64,000 nt of DNA from Candidatus Magasanikiibacteriota bacterium (GTDB taxonomy: Bacteria > Patescibacteriota > Patescibacteriia > Magasanikbacterales > GWA2-37-8): assembly GCA_041666745.1 (NCBI GenBank), contig JBAYGI010000001.1:91095-155094 (forward strand), read 5' to 3'. The translations under genes were made by a program, and so were the position numbers. Shown one piece after another: positions 1-10,414 of the stretch (positions are counted from its first letter, which is position 1; each line of letters begins with the position of its first letter). The notes beneath the pieces were generated by a model that saw only the letters and a list, made by a program, of their open reading frames with translations, did not search any database and had not been told where the DNA came from.

Positions 1-7
1 TATTGAG

Positions 8-400
8 GTGTATCAATATTTGGTAAAAATGAATATTCCGGTAAAATCCGAGATTATTTTTCTTGAATTGGAAAAAGCGCAAAAAAAGATTTTTGAAGAT
101 GGAGAAAAAGATGAAGGCGCGCGAATTTTACGGATTGTGCTTGAAAAAACCATCCAGAAAATTGCACAAAAAAATAGTATAAGTATTTTTAATAGTAAAC
201 TTAAGGAAGAGAAAATTGCAATATTGAATGACAAGCTCAAAGAAAGCAAAGTGTTCAATCAGGTAGTATGGGAAGAAAATAAAACATATTTAACTATTGG
301 CAATAATGCTTCGCATGGCGACTATAACCAATATGAAATAAAACACGTCGAAAATTTTTATCGGTATATCCAATCGCTACTAAGTGATTTTGGAATATAA
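8..400 (+). CDS. DUF4145/HEPN-like domain protein, probably 5'-truncated by the window edge
   Basis: Helical protein with LRIVLE..I and an IGNNASH motif resembling HEPN Rx4-6H; directly upstream of the Res gene. Confidence 0.55.
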   Translation: MYQYLVKMNIPVKSEIIFLELEKAQKKIFEDGEKDEGARILRIVLEKTIQKIAQKNSISIFNSKLKEEKIAILNDKLKESKVFNQVVWEENKTYLTIGNNASHGDYNQYEIKHVENFYRYIQSLLSDFGI

Positions 401-409
401 TAAAAACAT

Positions 410-2782
410 ATGCCTACCAAAGAATTAAAACAATATCAAGAAAAAGCGGTTGAAAAACTCGTTTCCAGAACGCAGGAACTTTTGGCAGAAAATTTTGAAA
501 AGAAAACAATTGTTTTCAAAGCGCCAACAGGAAGCGGGAAGACATTTATGATGTCGCAATATATTGCGCAAATGATTGAAGAAACGCGGGATCAAGATCT
601 TTGTTTTATTTGGCTTTCTCCTGGGAAGGGTGGCTTGCACAAACAAAGTTATAAATCACTCAAAAAAGAATTTGCGGGGTTTCCAGCGGTGTTTTTGCTT
701 GAGGAAGAATTTGTCGGTTCTCGGCGAACGATTGGTAGAACGGAAGTGGTAGTAGGGAACTGGGAAAAGTTGAGTAATAAAGACGCGAAAACGGGAGAGT
801 GGAAGTCGGTGCTGATGAAAGCCAAGGAAACGGTAAATTTTCGTGAGCTTGCAGAAAATACGCGAAATATTGGTACAAAAATAATTCTTATTATTGATGA
901 AAGTCATTCACGGGACAAAGCCGAACGAGCATTTGAATTGCGTGACATAATTATCAAGCCCCATTTGACTATAGAAATGAGTGCTACACCTATTTTGCAT
1001 GAGGGCGAATATAATGAGAGGGTGGAGGTGCAAGCGAACGATGTGATTGAGGAAGGAATGATCAAAAAAGAAATTATTATCAACGAAAATATTGATAAAA
1101 TTGATGATAATGAAATAACCTCGCAAGAATTAGTGATGACGATGGCATATCACAAGCGATTGGAACTGAAAAAAGCGTATGAAAAAGAAGGGACAGATAT
1201 TAATCCGCTCGTGTTGGTGCAAATTCCCGTGAGCGAGGCCGGAGATGATAAACAGAAATTTATTGAAAGTTTTTTGGCGGAAAAAGATATTACAAAAGAC
1301 AATGGGAAATTGGCTGTTTGGTTGACTGACGAAAAAGTAAATCAAGAGGCGGAATTGATAACAAGAAACGATGATCAAGTGGAGTTTTTAATTTTTAAAC
1401 AAGCGGTGGATACTGGTTGGGACTGTCCGCGCGCTCAAATATTAGTTAAATTTAGAGAAATACATAGTTTAGTTTTTGAAATTCAAACCGTCGGGCGGAT
1501 TTTACGGATGCCAGAGACGTTTCATTACCAAAATGATGAATTGAACAAAGCGTTTGTGTATACGAATGTTAAAAGTTTTACGGTTAAGTATGAAAAAGAT
1601 AATCCAAACATCATCAAATCTGTTTTGGTAAAACGAGATGAAAATTATAAGAAGCTTGCGTTGCAGTCGTATTATAGAAACCGTATTGATTACGGTGATA
1701 TTACTTTTGGTTTCAACGAGGTGATGGACGAAACTTTTTGCAAATATTTTGGGTTGAAGGAAGGTGATTTTTCTTCCGTGACTGTTGTGAAAAATTTGAA
1801 AAAAATAAAGAGTATTATTGATATAGAAAATCTTACAGGGAAGGACGAAATTATTCTTAACAAAAAAATTGACGCAAAATTGTTTGATCATTTATCCGGT
1901 GTAGAAATTGAATCTGGTGATAATTTTCAGGCGTATTTGTCGGAAGATGACAAAGAACGCGCTTTTGGAAATGTGATTAAAAGAAATCTCAATGGATACG
2001 CGCCAAAACGGTCTTTACCTATCGTGAAGAATTCACTGTATCGTTGGTTCAAAAAATATGCTGGAGTGAAACTGGAAGACAATGGTATTATTTATGTGCA
2101 AAATATTGTGCTTAATAATTTTGGAGAATTTGAAAAACTTTTTGATACCGCTGTGCGAGCGTATGAGCCAATAAAAAAGAAAGAAATACAAGAAAAAATC
2201 GCAGAAACGGAAGAGTGGAACAATGAGTGGGAAATCTCCGAGACGAGAAATTATAATCCAAATACTTATAAACCGTATCCTTATAAATTTTCACTCTATA
2301 AACACATTCAAGACAATAAAGCGTATTTGAATTTTGATAGCGAGATTGAAAAAGAATTTATTGATTTTCTCGAAAATCACAAAGAGAAAATTTTGTGGTG
2401 GTGGCAGAACGGCAATGAACACATGGCTTTGAATTTTGGCGTTAAATATGGCGATGGCTCAACTTTTCAGCCTGATTTTTTGGTAATGTTTAAAAATGGC
2501 ACACTTGGTATTTTTGATACAAAAGCGAGCGGGCAGAGAGAAGACGAAAACAAATTAAAAGCGGAAGCGTTGCAGAAATATATCAGAGAAGAAAACAAGA
2601 GAAAGAAAAAAGAAATTTTAATGGGTGGTTTGGTGATTAAAGAGGGTGAACATTTTAGAATAAATAGCGACGAAAAATATCAGCCGTTTAAATTGGCAAC
2701 GGAGGTTAGGGAAAATAAAGCGAAATACAAGACGGGTGCTAATATCAAAACACAAGAAGGGTGGAAGTATTTTGAGTTGTAA
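410..2782 (+). CDS. Type III restriction endonuclease Res subunit (SF2 helicase plus PD-(D/E)xK nuclease)
   Basis: Walker A APTGSGKT, DESH, MSATP, GWDCPRA, QTVGRILR, C-terminal FQPDF...FDTK. Confidence 0.85.
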   Translation: MPTKELKQYQEKAVEKLVSRTQELLAENFEKKTIVFKAPTGSGKTFMMSQYIAQMIEETRDQDLCFIWLSPGKGGLHKQSYKSLKKEFAGFPAVFLLEEEFVGSRRTIGRTEVVVGNWEKLSNKDAKTGEWKSVLMKAKETVNFRELAENTRNIGTKIILIIDESHSRDKAERAFELRDIIIKPHLTIEMSATPILHEGEYNERVEVQANDVIEEGMIKKEIIINENIDKIDDNEITSQELVMTMAYHKRLELKKAYEKEGTDINPLVLVQIPVSEAGDDKQKFIESFLAEKDITKDNGKLAVWLTDEKVNQEAELITRNDDQVEFLIFKQAVDTGWDCPRAQILVKFREIHSLVFEIQTVGRILRMPETFHYQNDELNKAFVYTNVKSFTVKYEKDNPNIIKSVLVKRDENYKKLALQSYYRNRIDYGDITFGFNEVMDETFCKYFGLKEGDFSSVTVVKNLKKIKSIIDIENLTGKDEIILNKKIDAKLFDHLSGVEIESGDNFQAYLSEDDKERAFGNVIKRNLNGYAPKRSLPIVKNSLYRWFKKYAGVKLEDNGIIYVQNIVLNNFGEFEKLFDTAVRAYEPIKKKEIQEKIAETEEWNNEWEISETRNYNPNTYKPYPYKFSLYKHIQDNKAYLNFDSEIEKEFIDFLENHKEKILWWWQNGNEHMALNFGVKYGDGSTFQPDFLVMFKNGTLGIFDTKASGQREDENKLKAEALQKYIREENKRKKKEILMGGLVIKEGEHFRINSDEKYQPFKLATEVRENKAKYKTGANIKTQEGWKYFEL

Positions 2783-2899
2783 AATTCAATTCTTAAAGTA
2801 TTTTTATATGCCAAAACAAAAACATGTTAGTGGTGAAATTTTTCAATTAAAAATAATTTTCAATCGTAGTTTTAAGAAATAAGTATAATTATTTTAGTT

Positions 2900-3256
2900 A
2901 TGGACAAAATTTATACAAAACAAAATAATCTCGTGATTGAAATTCCGCTCCAAGTTCGTCGTTGTAATCCTTATGACGAAAAAGAACAAAGTTTGATGTC
3001 TAATATAATTGGTGTGATAGATGGTAATGATTATGGATTCGCGCATTGTATAGATATGTCGTATAGTGGTAAAGCCGACCAGATATCCAGTATTTTTTAT
3101 CATTTTTATGGCTCGGAAGAACAGTTTGAGAAATTATGTTCTGAAGTCAAGATAGATTGTTATAAATATTCAAAATGCGTGAAATGTGGTAAAGTAATTT
3201 ATGGAGTATGCACTTGGGATAATGGAGAAGTGTGTTCTGAGTGTGATAATAAATAA
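2900..3256 (+). CDS. Hypothetical protein with C-terminal Cys cluster (possible Zn finger)
   Basis: 118-aa ORF with CVKCG...CSEC. Confidence 0.6.
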   Translation: MDKIYTKQNNLVIEIPLQVRRCNPYDEKEQSLMSNIIGVIDGNDYGFAHCIDMSYSGKADQISSIFYHFYGSEEQFEKLCSEVKIDCYKYSKCVKCGKVIYGVCTWDNGEVCSECDNK

Positions 3257-3270
3257 ATTTTAATTTTTTT

Positions 3271-3465
3271 ATGCCCCAAACCCGCGTCAACATCCACCCC
3301 GGCCTCGCCGTAGAGATTGTTCTCAAAGTCGATCAACCCACCGGCAAACTCACGCGCGGAATCGTGCGGGATATTTTGACTAACTCAAATTTTCATCCGC
3401 ATGGCATCAAAGTTCGGTTGGAGGGTGGAGAGGTGGGGAGAGTACAAAATATTTTGATACAATAA
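3271..3465 (+). CDS. YwbE/DUF2196 family protein
   Basis: IVLKxDQPTGKLTRGIVRDILTNS..HPHGIKVRLE.G.VGRV signature. Confidence 0.85.
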   Translation: MPQTRVNIHPGLAVEIVLKVDQPTGKLTRGIVRDILTNSNFHPHGIKVRLEGGEVGRVQNILIQ

Positions 3466-3486
3466 AAATAATTAAAAAAGAAGCTG

Positions 3487-3511
3487 GATTCCCGTTTTCA
3501 CGGGAATGACA
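3487..3511. repeat. REP-like palindrome GATTCCCGTTTTCACGGGAATGACA, copy 1
   Basis: Identical copies at 25067-25091 and 54499-54523; variant at 57978-58002. Confidence 0.85.
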
Positions 3512-3517
3512 AAAATC

Positions 3518-4753
3518 ATGAACCAATCCCACGCCCTCAAAATTCTCAAATCCGGCGACAATGTTTTTCTTACCGGTTCCGCCGGTTCCGGTAAGACATT
3601 TTTGTTGAACCAATTTATTGACTATTTAAAAAGTAAAAAAATAAAAGTTGGGATAACCGCTTCCACCGGTATCGCCGCCACTCACTTGAACGGCAGGACT
3701 ATTCATTCTTGGTGCGGAATGGGGATTGCCAAAAAGATGAACAAAAAGCAACTTAAAAAAATATTAAGAAAGGAAGAGTTGTTTGAAAGAATAAGAAAAG
3801 CATCTGTTTTGATTATTGATGAAATATCCATGTTGGATGCCGATCGTTTGGATTTGGTGGACAAAATTTGCAAGGCGGTGAAAAATCCATTTTTTCCGTT
3901 TGGTGGAATTCAAATTGTTTTATGCGGAGATTTTTTTCAACTTCCTCCAGTAAGCAAAGATTCTCAATTTGCCTTTCATGCTTTTTCGTGGAAAAACTCC
4001 GGTTTCAAAGTTTGTTATTTGGACGAACAATTTCGTCAGGATGATGCAAACTTTTTAAATGTTTTAAATAAAATACGCGCCAATGAGGCGGGAGAAAAAG
4101 AAGTAAATATTTTAAAAAGCCGGCTATACGAGCCAGTCGCGCACGCGCCTATTTTGACAAAACTTTATACGCACAATATAAATGTGGATGCCTTAAATTA
4201 TTTTGAATTGTCAAAAATTTCGTTGGAAGAAAAAGCATACCAGGTTAAAGAGAATGGTCAAAAAGAACTGGTAGATTTTTTAAAAAAGAGTTTTCCGGCT
4301 GTCCAAGAATTAAAATTGAAAGTCGGCGCGGTGGTGATGTTTATAAAAAATAATTTTGACGCCGGTTATGTAAACGGCACACTTGGAGAAGTGGTCGCTT
4401 TTGATGCCGACGGCTATCCGGAAGTTAAAACAAAAAACAATGAAACAATCATTGCCACGCCGATTAGTTGGAATTTTGAAGAAGATGAAAAAGTTTTGGC
4501 AAGTATTCGACAGGTGCCGTTGCGGTTGGCATGGGCGATAACGGTGCACAAAAGCCAAGGGATGAGTTTGGATGCGGCGGAAATAGATTTGTCAAAATCG
4601 TTTGAACGGGGGATGGGCTATGTGGCTTTGTCGCGCGTGCGAACTTTGAACAGTATCCGTTTGATGGGTATAAACGAGATGGCTTTGAAAGTGGATGAGA
4701 CGGTTGTGAAAATGGATAGGGAATTTAAAAAGTTGTCGAAGAAAAATAGATAG
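3518..4753 (+). CDS. PIF1/RecD-like SF1 helicase
   Basis: GSAGSGKT, IIDEISM, CGDFFQLPPV, QFRQ, AITVHKSQGMSLD, YVALSR. Start set at 3518 because the ATG at 3506 lies inside the repeat. Confidence 0.88.
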   Translation: MNQSHALKILKSGDNVFLTGSAGSGKTFLLNQFIDYLKSKKIKVGITASTGIAATHLNGRTIHSWCGMGIAKKMNKKQLKKILRKEELFERIRKASVLIIDEISMLDADRLDLVDKICKAVKNPFFPFGGIQIVLCGDFFQLPPVSKDSQFAFHAFSWKNSGFKVCYLDEQFRQDDANFLNVLNKIRANEAGEKEVNILKSRLYEPVAHAPILTKLYTHNINVDALNYFELSKISLEEKAYQVKENGQKELVDFLKKSFPAVQELKLKVGAVVMFIKNNFDAGYVNGTLGEVVAFDADGYPEVKTKNNETIIATPISWNFEEDEKVLASIRQVPLRLAWAITVHKSQGMSLDAAEIDLSKSFERGMGYVALSRVRTLNSIRLMGINEMALKVDETVVKMDREFKKLSKKNR

Positions 4754-4760
4754 AAAAAAT

Positions 4761-5396
4761 ATGCTCCAAACGATAAATCTTCCACCATCCAAACGCATTT
4801 TTGACATTGCAGTGTCAATTTTGTTATATTTATTATTTTTGCCGTTGATTTTATTTATCATCATCTGGATAATTATTGAACAAATTTTTGTCAAAGAATC
4901 TCGTGGGTCATTTTTATATTCTGAAAAGAGGGTTTCGCAAGGAAAAGTTTTTAATTTTTACAAATGGCGAATATTTAAAATGAAAGCAATCGCCGAGGCA
5001 TTAAAAAATGGACGTATAATTCACACCACCGACTTACAACAAAATCCGGAAAATATTACTTATTATGGCAAGTTTCTCAAAAGAATATACATGGATGAAT
5101 TGCCTCAACTGTGGAATGTGCTAAAAGGCGACATGACTTTGGTTGGTCCGCGTCCGACAAATTTGGAAAATTCGGAAAACATGAAAAAATCCGGAGACCT
5201 CACTAGAGAAGTAATGGTGTGTGGAATAACCGGACCATTTCAATCACAAAAAGGCCACCACATACAAAACCAATTAAATTTGGATGAAGAATATATTAAT
5301 TTTGTCGCAAATAATCCCGGCTGGAAAGTAGTACTAAAAGATGTTAAAATACTATTACAAACTATTCGGATAGTGTTGGAAGCAAAAGGAATTTAG
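4761..5396 (+). CDS. Bacterial sugar transferase (undecaprenyl-phosphate glycosyl-1-phosphate transferase family)
   Basis: KRIFD, one TM segment, DELPQLWNVLKGDMTLVGPRP, GITG. Confidence 0.85.
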   Translation: MLQTINLPPSKRIFDIAVSILLYLLFLPLILFIIIWIIIEQIFVKESRGSFLYSEKRVSQGKVFNFYKWRIFKMKAIAEALKNGRIIHTTDLQQNPENITYYGKFLKRIYMDELPQLWNVLKGDMTLVGPRPTNLENSENMKKSGDLTREVMVCGITGPFQSQKGHHIQNQLNLDEEYINFVANNPGWKVVLKDVKILLQTIRIVLEAKGI

Positions 5397-5415
5397 TTTT
5401 TCATCAAATGAAAAT

Positions 5416-5832
5416 ATGTCCAATGGAATAAACAACCACATTCGCATCCCTGAAAATGAAATCCTCGTCACCTTCGCCCGCTCGGGCGGAAAGGGAGGAC
5501 AAAATGTAAACAAGACATCCACCAAAGCCATCGTACATTGGTCGGTTGGGCGTTCGCGAGTTTTGAATTGGGAGGAAAAAATGCGCGTGCGGACTAAGTT
5601 GGCGAATAGATTAAATTATAACGATGAAATCGTGGTGACATCCGAGCAAGAGCGTTCGCAACCGCAAAATCGCGCGTTGGCGGTAGCGCGGTTGCAGGCA
5701 TTGGTAAAAAAAGCATTGCACGTCCAAAAAAAGCGTCGTCCAACCAAACCCACCAAAGCATCAAAATTGCGACTGGTTGAATCCAAAAAAATACATTCGC
5801 GGATGAAATTGGGTCGTCGAACTTTTGAATGA
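5416..5832 (+). CDS. arfB: Alternative ribosome rescue peptidyl-tRNA hydrolase ArfB
   Basis: RSGGKGGQNVNK (GGQ motif), RSQ.QNR, basic C-terminal tail RRPTKPTKAS. Confidence 0.9.
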   Translation: MSNGINNHIRIPENEILVTFARSGGKGGQNVNKTSTKAIVHWSVGRSRVLNWEEKMRVRTKLANRLNYNDEIVVTSEQERSQPQNRALAVARLQALVKKALHVQKKRRPTKPTKASKLRLVESKKIHSRMKLGRRTFE

Positions 5833-5923
5833 GCCGGTGGGTCAGGTCTTGTTTTTTTATGATGATTATGATAATATACGCTTGCCTAAATAAGGCTTGT
5901 TTTTGTTTTAATACTGAGATTTT

Positions 5924-8716
5924 ATGTCATTTTTAACCAAATTATTCGGCGATCCCAACATCAAAGCCGTCAAAGAAATAATGCCGATTATTGATAGTAT
6001 CAATGCGTTTGAACCGGAAATGCAGAAGTTGTCTTTGGAACAACTGAAAAATAAAACCGTTGAATTCAAAGAGCGACTAGCCAAAGGCGAAACTCTCGAC
6101 GATTTATTGCCCGAAGCATTCGCAGTCGTGCGTGAAACTTCCAAGCGGGTTACCGGCATGCGTCATTTTGATGTTCAGCTTATCGGTGGCGTTACTTTGC
6201 ATCGCGGACAAATTTCTGAAATGCGTACCGGTGAAGGTAAAACTTTGGTAGCGACTTTGCCGGTGTATCTAAACGCGCTGGCTGGCAAGGGTGTGCATTT
6301 GGTGACGGTCAATGATTATTTGGCCAAACGTGACGCGGTCTGGATGAGTCAAATTTATGACGCGCTCGGTTTGAGTGTTGGTATTATTCAACAGCTTTTG
6401 GTTTCATATAAATATAATCCAAACAAATTAAAAATTCTTGATGAAAATGGACAGGATGCCATGAGTGAAGGTGGATCGATAGACAAAGAACGCGACGCGA
6501 CCGGGGCGTACAAAGTTGAATATGAATATTTGGAAACTTGTTCTCGCAAAGAAGCCTATGCCTGCGATATTACTTATGGTACCAACAACGAATTTGGTTT
6601 TGACTATTTGCGCGACAACATGGTGGGTAGTCTGGAAGAAATGTCTCAGCGCCCATTTTATTTTGCTATCGTGGATGAGGTGGATTCGATTTTAATAGAT
6701 GAAGCGCGAACGCCGTTGATTATTTCCGCTCCGGCCGAAGAAGCGGCGGACATGTATTACAAATTTGCGGATATTGTGGCGCGAATGGAAATCGACGTGG
6801 ATTATAATGTTGATGAAAAAATGCGTTCATCCACTTTGACTGAAGCCGGTTTGAAAAAAGTGGAACAAGCCTTGAATGTAGAAAATATTTATGCCGAGGG
6901 TGGTATGACGATGGTGCATCACATCGAACAAGCGTTGCGCGCTCGAGCGCTTTTCAAACGCGATCGTGATTATGTGGTGGACAATGGTGAGGTGATTATC
7001 GTGGATGAATTTACCGGACGTAAAATGCCGGGGCGTCGTTATAGTGAAGGTTTGCATCAGGCTATCGAAGCGCAAGAGCATGTCAAAATTCAGCGCGAGA
7101 GTCAAACCATGGCGACGATTACTTTTCAAAATTATTTCCGTCTGTATGAAAAATTGGCGGGCATGACCGGTACTGCGGTGACTGAGGCGGAAGAATTTGC
7201 CAAGATTTATAAATTGGAGGTGGTAGTAATTCCAACCAATAAAAATAATTTGCGCAATGATCATCCGGATAGAATTTATAAAACTGAAGAAACAAAATAT
7301 CAGGCGATTGCCAAAACTGTCAAAGAATTACAACAAAAAGGACAGCCGGTTTTAATCGGCACAATTTCGGTAGAAAAAAATGAAGAACTCAGTTTGTATT
7401 TGGAACGTGAAGGAATTAAACACGAAATTTTGAATGCCAAAAATCATGAACGTGAAGGTGAAATTATCGCGCAAGCCGGTAGAGCGGGGGCGGTAACTTT
7501 GGCGACCAATATGGCCGGTCGCGGTGTGGATATTATTTTGGGAGGCAACCCGCCGGACAAAGATGCGGCCGACAAGGTGCGTTCAGTTGGTGGTTTGTTT
7601 GTGATTGGTACCGAACGTCACGAAAGTCGTCGTATCGACAATCAGTTGCGCGGTCGCGCGGCTCGTCAGGGAGATCCGGGAGAAACTCAGTTTTATCTTT
7701 CCACTCAAGACGATTTGATGCGGATTTTTGCCGGTGATCGAATTCGCAGTGTTATGCAAACTTTGCGTGTGCCGGATGATATGCCAATCGAACAACGTTC
7801 TATTACCAAAATTATTGAATCCGCTCAAAAAAAAGTGGAAGGTTTTCATTTTGATTCTCGTAAAAATTTACTTGAATATGACGATGTGTTGAATCGTCAT
7901 CGTGAAGTAGTATATGGAAAACGTCGTCAAGTTTTAGAATTATTTGATCAACAAAAAAATGACATTGCCACTGGCGATGTCATTCCGACCGCAGTGGAGG
8001 AATCCCTCAGCACTAAAACCCTCCAAACTCTAATTCTCGACATGATCGAAGCGGAAATTGAACAGGTAGTTTCATTTCATACCAACGCCGAAGATAAGCA
8101 CGAATGGAACATCCAAGAGATTGCCGAAGTAACAGCAACCATCTATCCGATATCCGATGAAGAAAAAAATAAAATTTTAAGTTTCGGTGAACACGGTGAA
8201 CAAAAACTGGAAGCAGTTACTGAGCGCACTCATATTATCGAATATTTGACTGAGTTGGCCAAAGAAAAATATCAGAAATTGTTGGTAGAAAAAATCGACA
8301 ATAAAGAAATGCAAATTGAAATGGAAAAACAGATTTTGTTGCGCTCGATGGATATACTTTGGGTTGATCATTTGGTGGCGGTAGATTATTTGCGCACCGG
8401 TATTGGTTTGCGTGGCTACGGTCAGCGTGATCCATTGGTGGAATACAAAAAAGAAACTTACCACATGTTCAATGAATTGCTTTCCGCGATGCAACATGAG
8501 GTGGTTTATGCTATTTTCAAAGTAACTTTGGGAATGCAAATGGCGCCAAGTATCATGAAAAAAAATAATTTGATTTTCAAAGGAGCCGGAGTGGAGGGTG
8601 GGGTAGTGGATATCAACACCAAAGTAAAAAACGAACAAGGAGAAAAAGTAGGTCGCAATGATCCGTGTCCGTGTGGGAGTGGGAAGAAGTATAAGAAGTG
8701 TCATGGGAATGGTTGA
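5924..8716 (+). CDS. secA: Preprotein translocase ATPase SecA
   Basis: MRTGEGKT, VTVNDYLA, IVDEVDSILIDEARTPLIIS, C-terminal GRNDPCPCGSGKKYKKCHG. Confidence 0.98.
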   Translation: MSFLTKLFGDPNIKAVKEIMPIIDSINAFEPEMQKLSLEQLKNKTVEFKERLAKGETLDDLLPEAFAVVRETSKRVTGMRHFDVQLIGGVTLHRGQISEMRTGEGKTLVATLPVYLNALAGKGVHLVTVNDYLAKRDAVWMSQIYDALGLSVGIIQQLLVSYKYNPNKLKILDENGQDAMSEGGSIDKERDATGAYKVEYEYLETCSRKEAYACDITYGTNNEFGFDYLRDNMVGSLEEMSQRPFYFAIVDEVDSILIDEARTPLIISAPAEEAADMYYKFADIVARMEIDVDYNVDEKMRSSTLTEAGLKKVEQALNVENIYAEGGMTMVHHIEQALRARALFKRDRDYVVDNGEVIIVDEFTGRKMPGRRYSEGLHQAIEAQEHVKIQRESQTMATITFQNYFRLYEKLAGMTGTAVTEAEEFAKIYKLEVVVIPTNKNNLRNDHPDRIYKTEETKYQAIAKTVKELQQKGQPVLIGTISVEKNEELSLYLEREGIKHEILNAKNHEREGEIIAQAGRAGAVTLATNMAGRGVDIILGGNPPDKDAADKVRSVGGLFVIGTERHESRRIDNQLRGRAARQGDPGETQFYLSTQDDLMRIFAGDRIRSVMQTLRVPDDMPIEQRSITKIIESAQKKVEGFHFDSRKNLLEYDDVLNRHREVVYGKRRQVLELFDQQKNDIATGDVIPTAVEESLSTKTLQTLILDMIEAEIEQVVSFHTNAEDKHEWNIQEIAEVTATIYPISDEEKNKILSFGEHGEQKLEAVTERTHIIEYLTELAKEKYQKLLVEKIDNKEMQIEMEKQILLRSMDILWVDHLVAVDYLRTGIGLRGYGQRDPLVEYKKETYHMFNELLSAMQHEVVYAIFKVTLGMQMAPSIMKKNNLIFKGAGVEGGVVDINTKVKNEQGEKVGRNDPCPCGSGKKYKKCHGNG

Positions 8717-8872
8717 TAAAAAATAATCAACAAAAAAACATCGAATTTAATTTCGATGTTTTTTAATTTAAAGCGTTTAGATCACTCGCACAATCTGAAA
8801 ACAAATTTTATTTTCAAATTGCGCGGCGAGTGATCAACTTTCTATCCCCACCGCCTTTTGTCTTACCACTAG

Positions 8873-10189
8873 TCACAGACTACGGAGGAACTGTCGCGTG
8901 ACCGCAACAATGCGGTTTACGTCCATCTCCGTGTTGGCGTAGCCGAACGATGCTCGGATGGCACCGATCGGAACGTCACCACCAATGTGGCGACGCAGGT
9001 TGTCGATTGTGATCGCATCGTTACTGATGGTGCTGTTGTACAACGCCTTGAACGCATCGATCTTGTAACCGAAAACCTTCTCATTGACGCCGGGGTTGCA
9101 GAAACAGCCCGTCCGCACGAACACTGCCTGCTCATTCGCGTACCGTTCGAACACCCATGCGTCTACGATCTGCTGACCTCGTTTGACGCTGAAGGTGACA
9201 ATGTCGGTACCGCGTGGGCTGTGGATGATGATAGAATTGTCTCCTTCGTGCAGAGTCTGCAAACTATCATACAACTTCACTCCCAGCACGGTGGCGTGCT
9301 CGCAGATGTCGCCCAGACTCTCCATGAACTGGAGCCCGGGAACGACGGCCGGAATGTTGGCGAAGTTCAACGTCCCGTCTTCAAATCGGGCATAGCCCAA
9401 CGTTTCGGGTGCGTAGAAGTTCTCATCCGTGACGCTGACGAGCAGAATGGATCCGCCCGCGAACCAGCGTTTGTGGAGTTTCGCGTACGCGCTCCGCTTG
9501 ATAATCATACAGCCGACACCGGTTGGGTAACCGAACAGCTTGTAGAAGCTGATCGGAACGAAATCCGGTTTGACCTTTGAGAGATTCAAGCGTTTTCCAC
9601 CACAGTAGGCAGCCGCGTCCAAGAGGACGCTCCAACCGCACGACTGGGCATAGTTCACCCAGCTCAAGCTGTGGTGGATCCCGGAGTAGTTGGACTTCGC
9701 TGGGTAGGCGAAGAGTCTGTTCCCCATGGACCTCGGATAGGTCAACATGCGCGTCAGAGTTGCTTCATCCAGCGTCAGATCATCGCTGATCGGCGCATAC
9801 CGGACGATCGCACCCTGTCGTCTGGCATCCTCGCGGAGGCCGTTGACCGAGTTGTGGTTGTCGGCGGTGAGTAGGTACTCTCCACCTTCAAAAAGAAAAT
9901 GCTGCAGAATCCGGATCGCGGCCGTCGCTCCGGAGGTGAAAATCACTTCATACTCGTCGGCGTTGGCGTTGAAATATTGCAGAATGGCTGCTCGTGCTTG
10001 CGTAATACCCTGCATCGCCGTCGCCGACGGCTTGTGGTGGGAGTGCGGGTTGCCAAGCAGGGTGCTTTGCAAGTACCGGCTCCAGCCTTCGATGAGCGAG
10101 ATGGGGGGCAACGCTGCCCCCGTCCAGTCGGCGTAGACCTTACCCCCATTGAGTTGGGGGAATTGTCCGTTGAGCGAAGCTGAATTCAT
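8873..10189 (-). CDS. PLP-dependent class V aminotransferase resembling the NifS-like domain of molybdenum cofactor sulfurase
   Basis: YADWTGA, GNPHS, LDAAA, SFYKLFGYPTG (PLP lysine), RTGCFCNPG; AGGAG upstream of ATG 10189; GC-rich. Confidence 0.8.
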   Translation of the reverse strand: MNSASLNGQFPQLNGGKVYADWTGAALPPISLIEGWSRYLQSTLLGNPHSHHKPSATAMQGITQARAAILQYFNANADEYEVIFTSGATAAIRILQHFLFEGGEYLLTADNHNSVNGLREDARRQGAIVRYAPISDDLTLDEATLTRMLTYPRSMGNRLFAYPAKSNYSGIHHSLSWVNYAQSCGWSVLLDAAAYCGGKRLNLSKVKPDFVPISFYKLFGYPTGVGCMIIKRSAYAKLHKRWFAGGSILLVSVTDENFYAPETLGYARFEDGTLNFANIPAVVPGLQFMESLGDICEHATVLGVKLYDSLQTLHEGDNSIIIHSPRGTDIVTFSVKRGQQIVDAWVFERYANEQAVFVRTGCFCNPGVNEKVFGYKIDAFKALYNSTISNDAITIDNLRRHIGGDVPIGAIRASFGYANTEMDVNRIVAVTRQFLRSL

Positions 10190-10414
10190 GGCGTACTCCT
10201 TCTTTGTTTTTTGGTTGGGGGGTTGTAGAAATAAAAAGAACTTTCTCTCTCTATATATAACATAATACACAGAGAATGGATCATCTTATCACAATTAAAT
10301 GTTTTTTGTCACCCCCCCCCGCTCCAACCTTAATTTGCATTTTATGTGCTATTGTTATAGGATAATTTCAGTGTCTATCTGCCAACCGGTTGATTTCCAA
10401 CCAACGGAGGGTAT

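Noticed and set aside
8917-10183. Many overlapping ORFs on both strands in the GC-rich islands
   Set aside because: Shadow ORFs expected from stop-codon scarcity at high GC; only one frame has recognisable motifs and an RBS.
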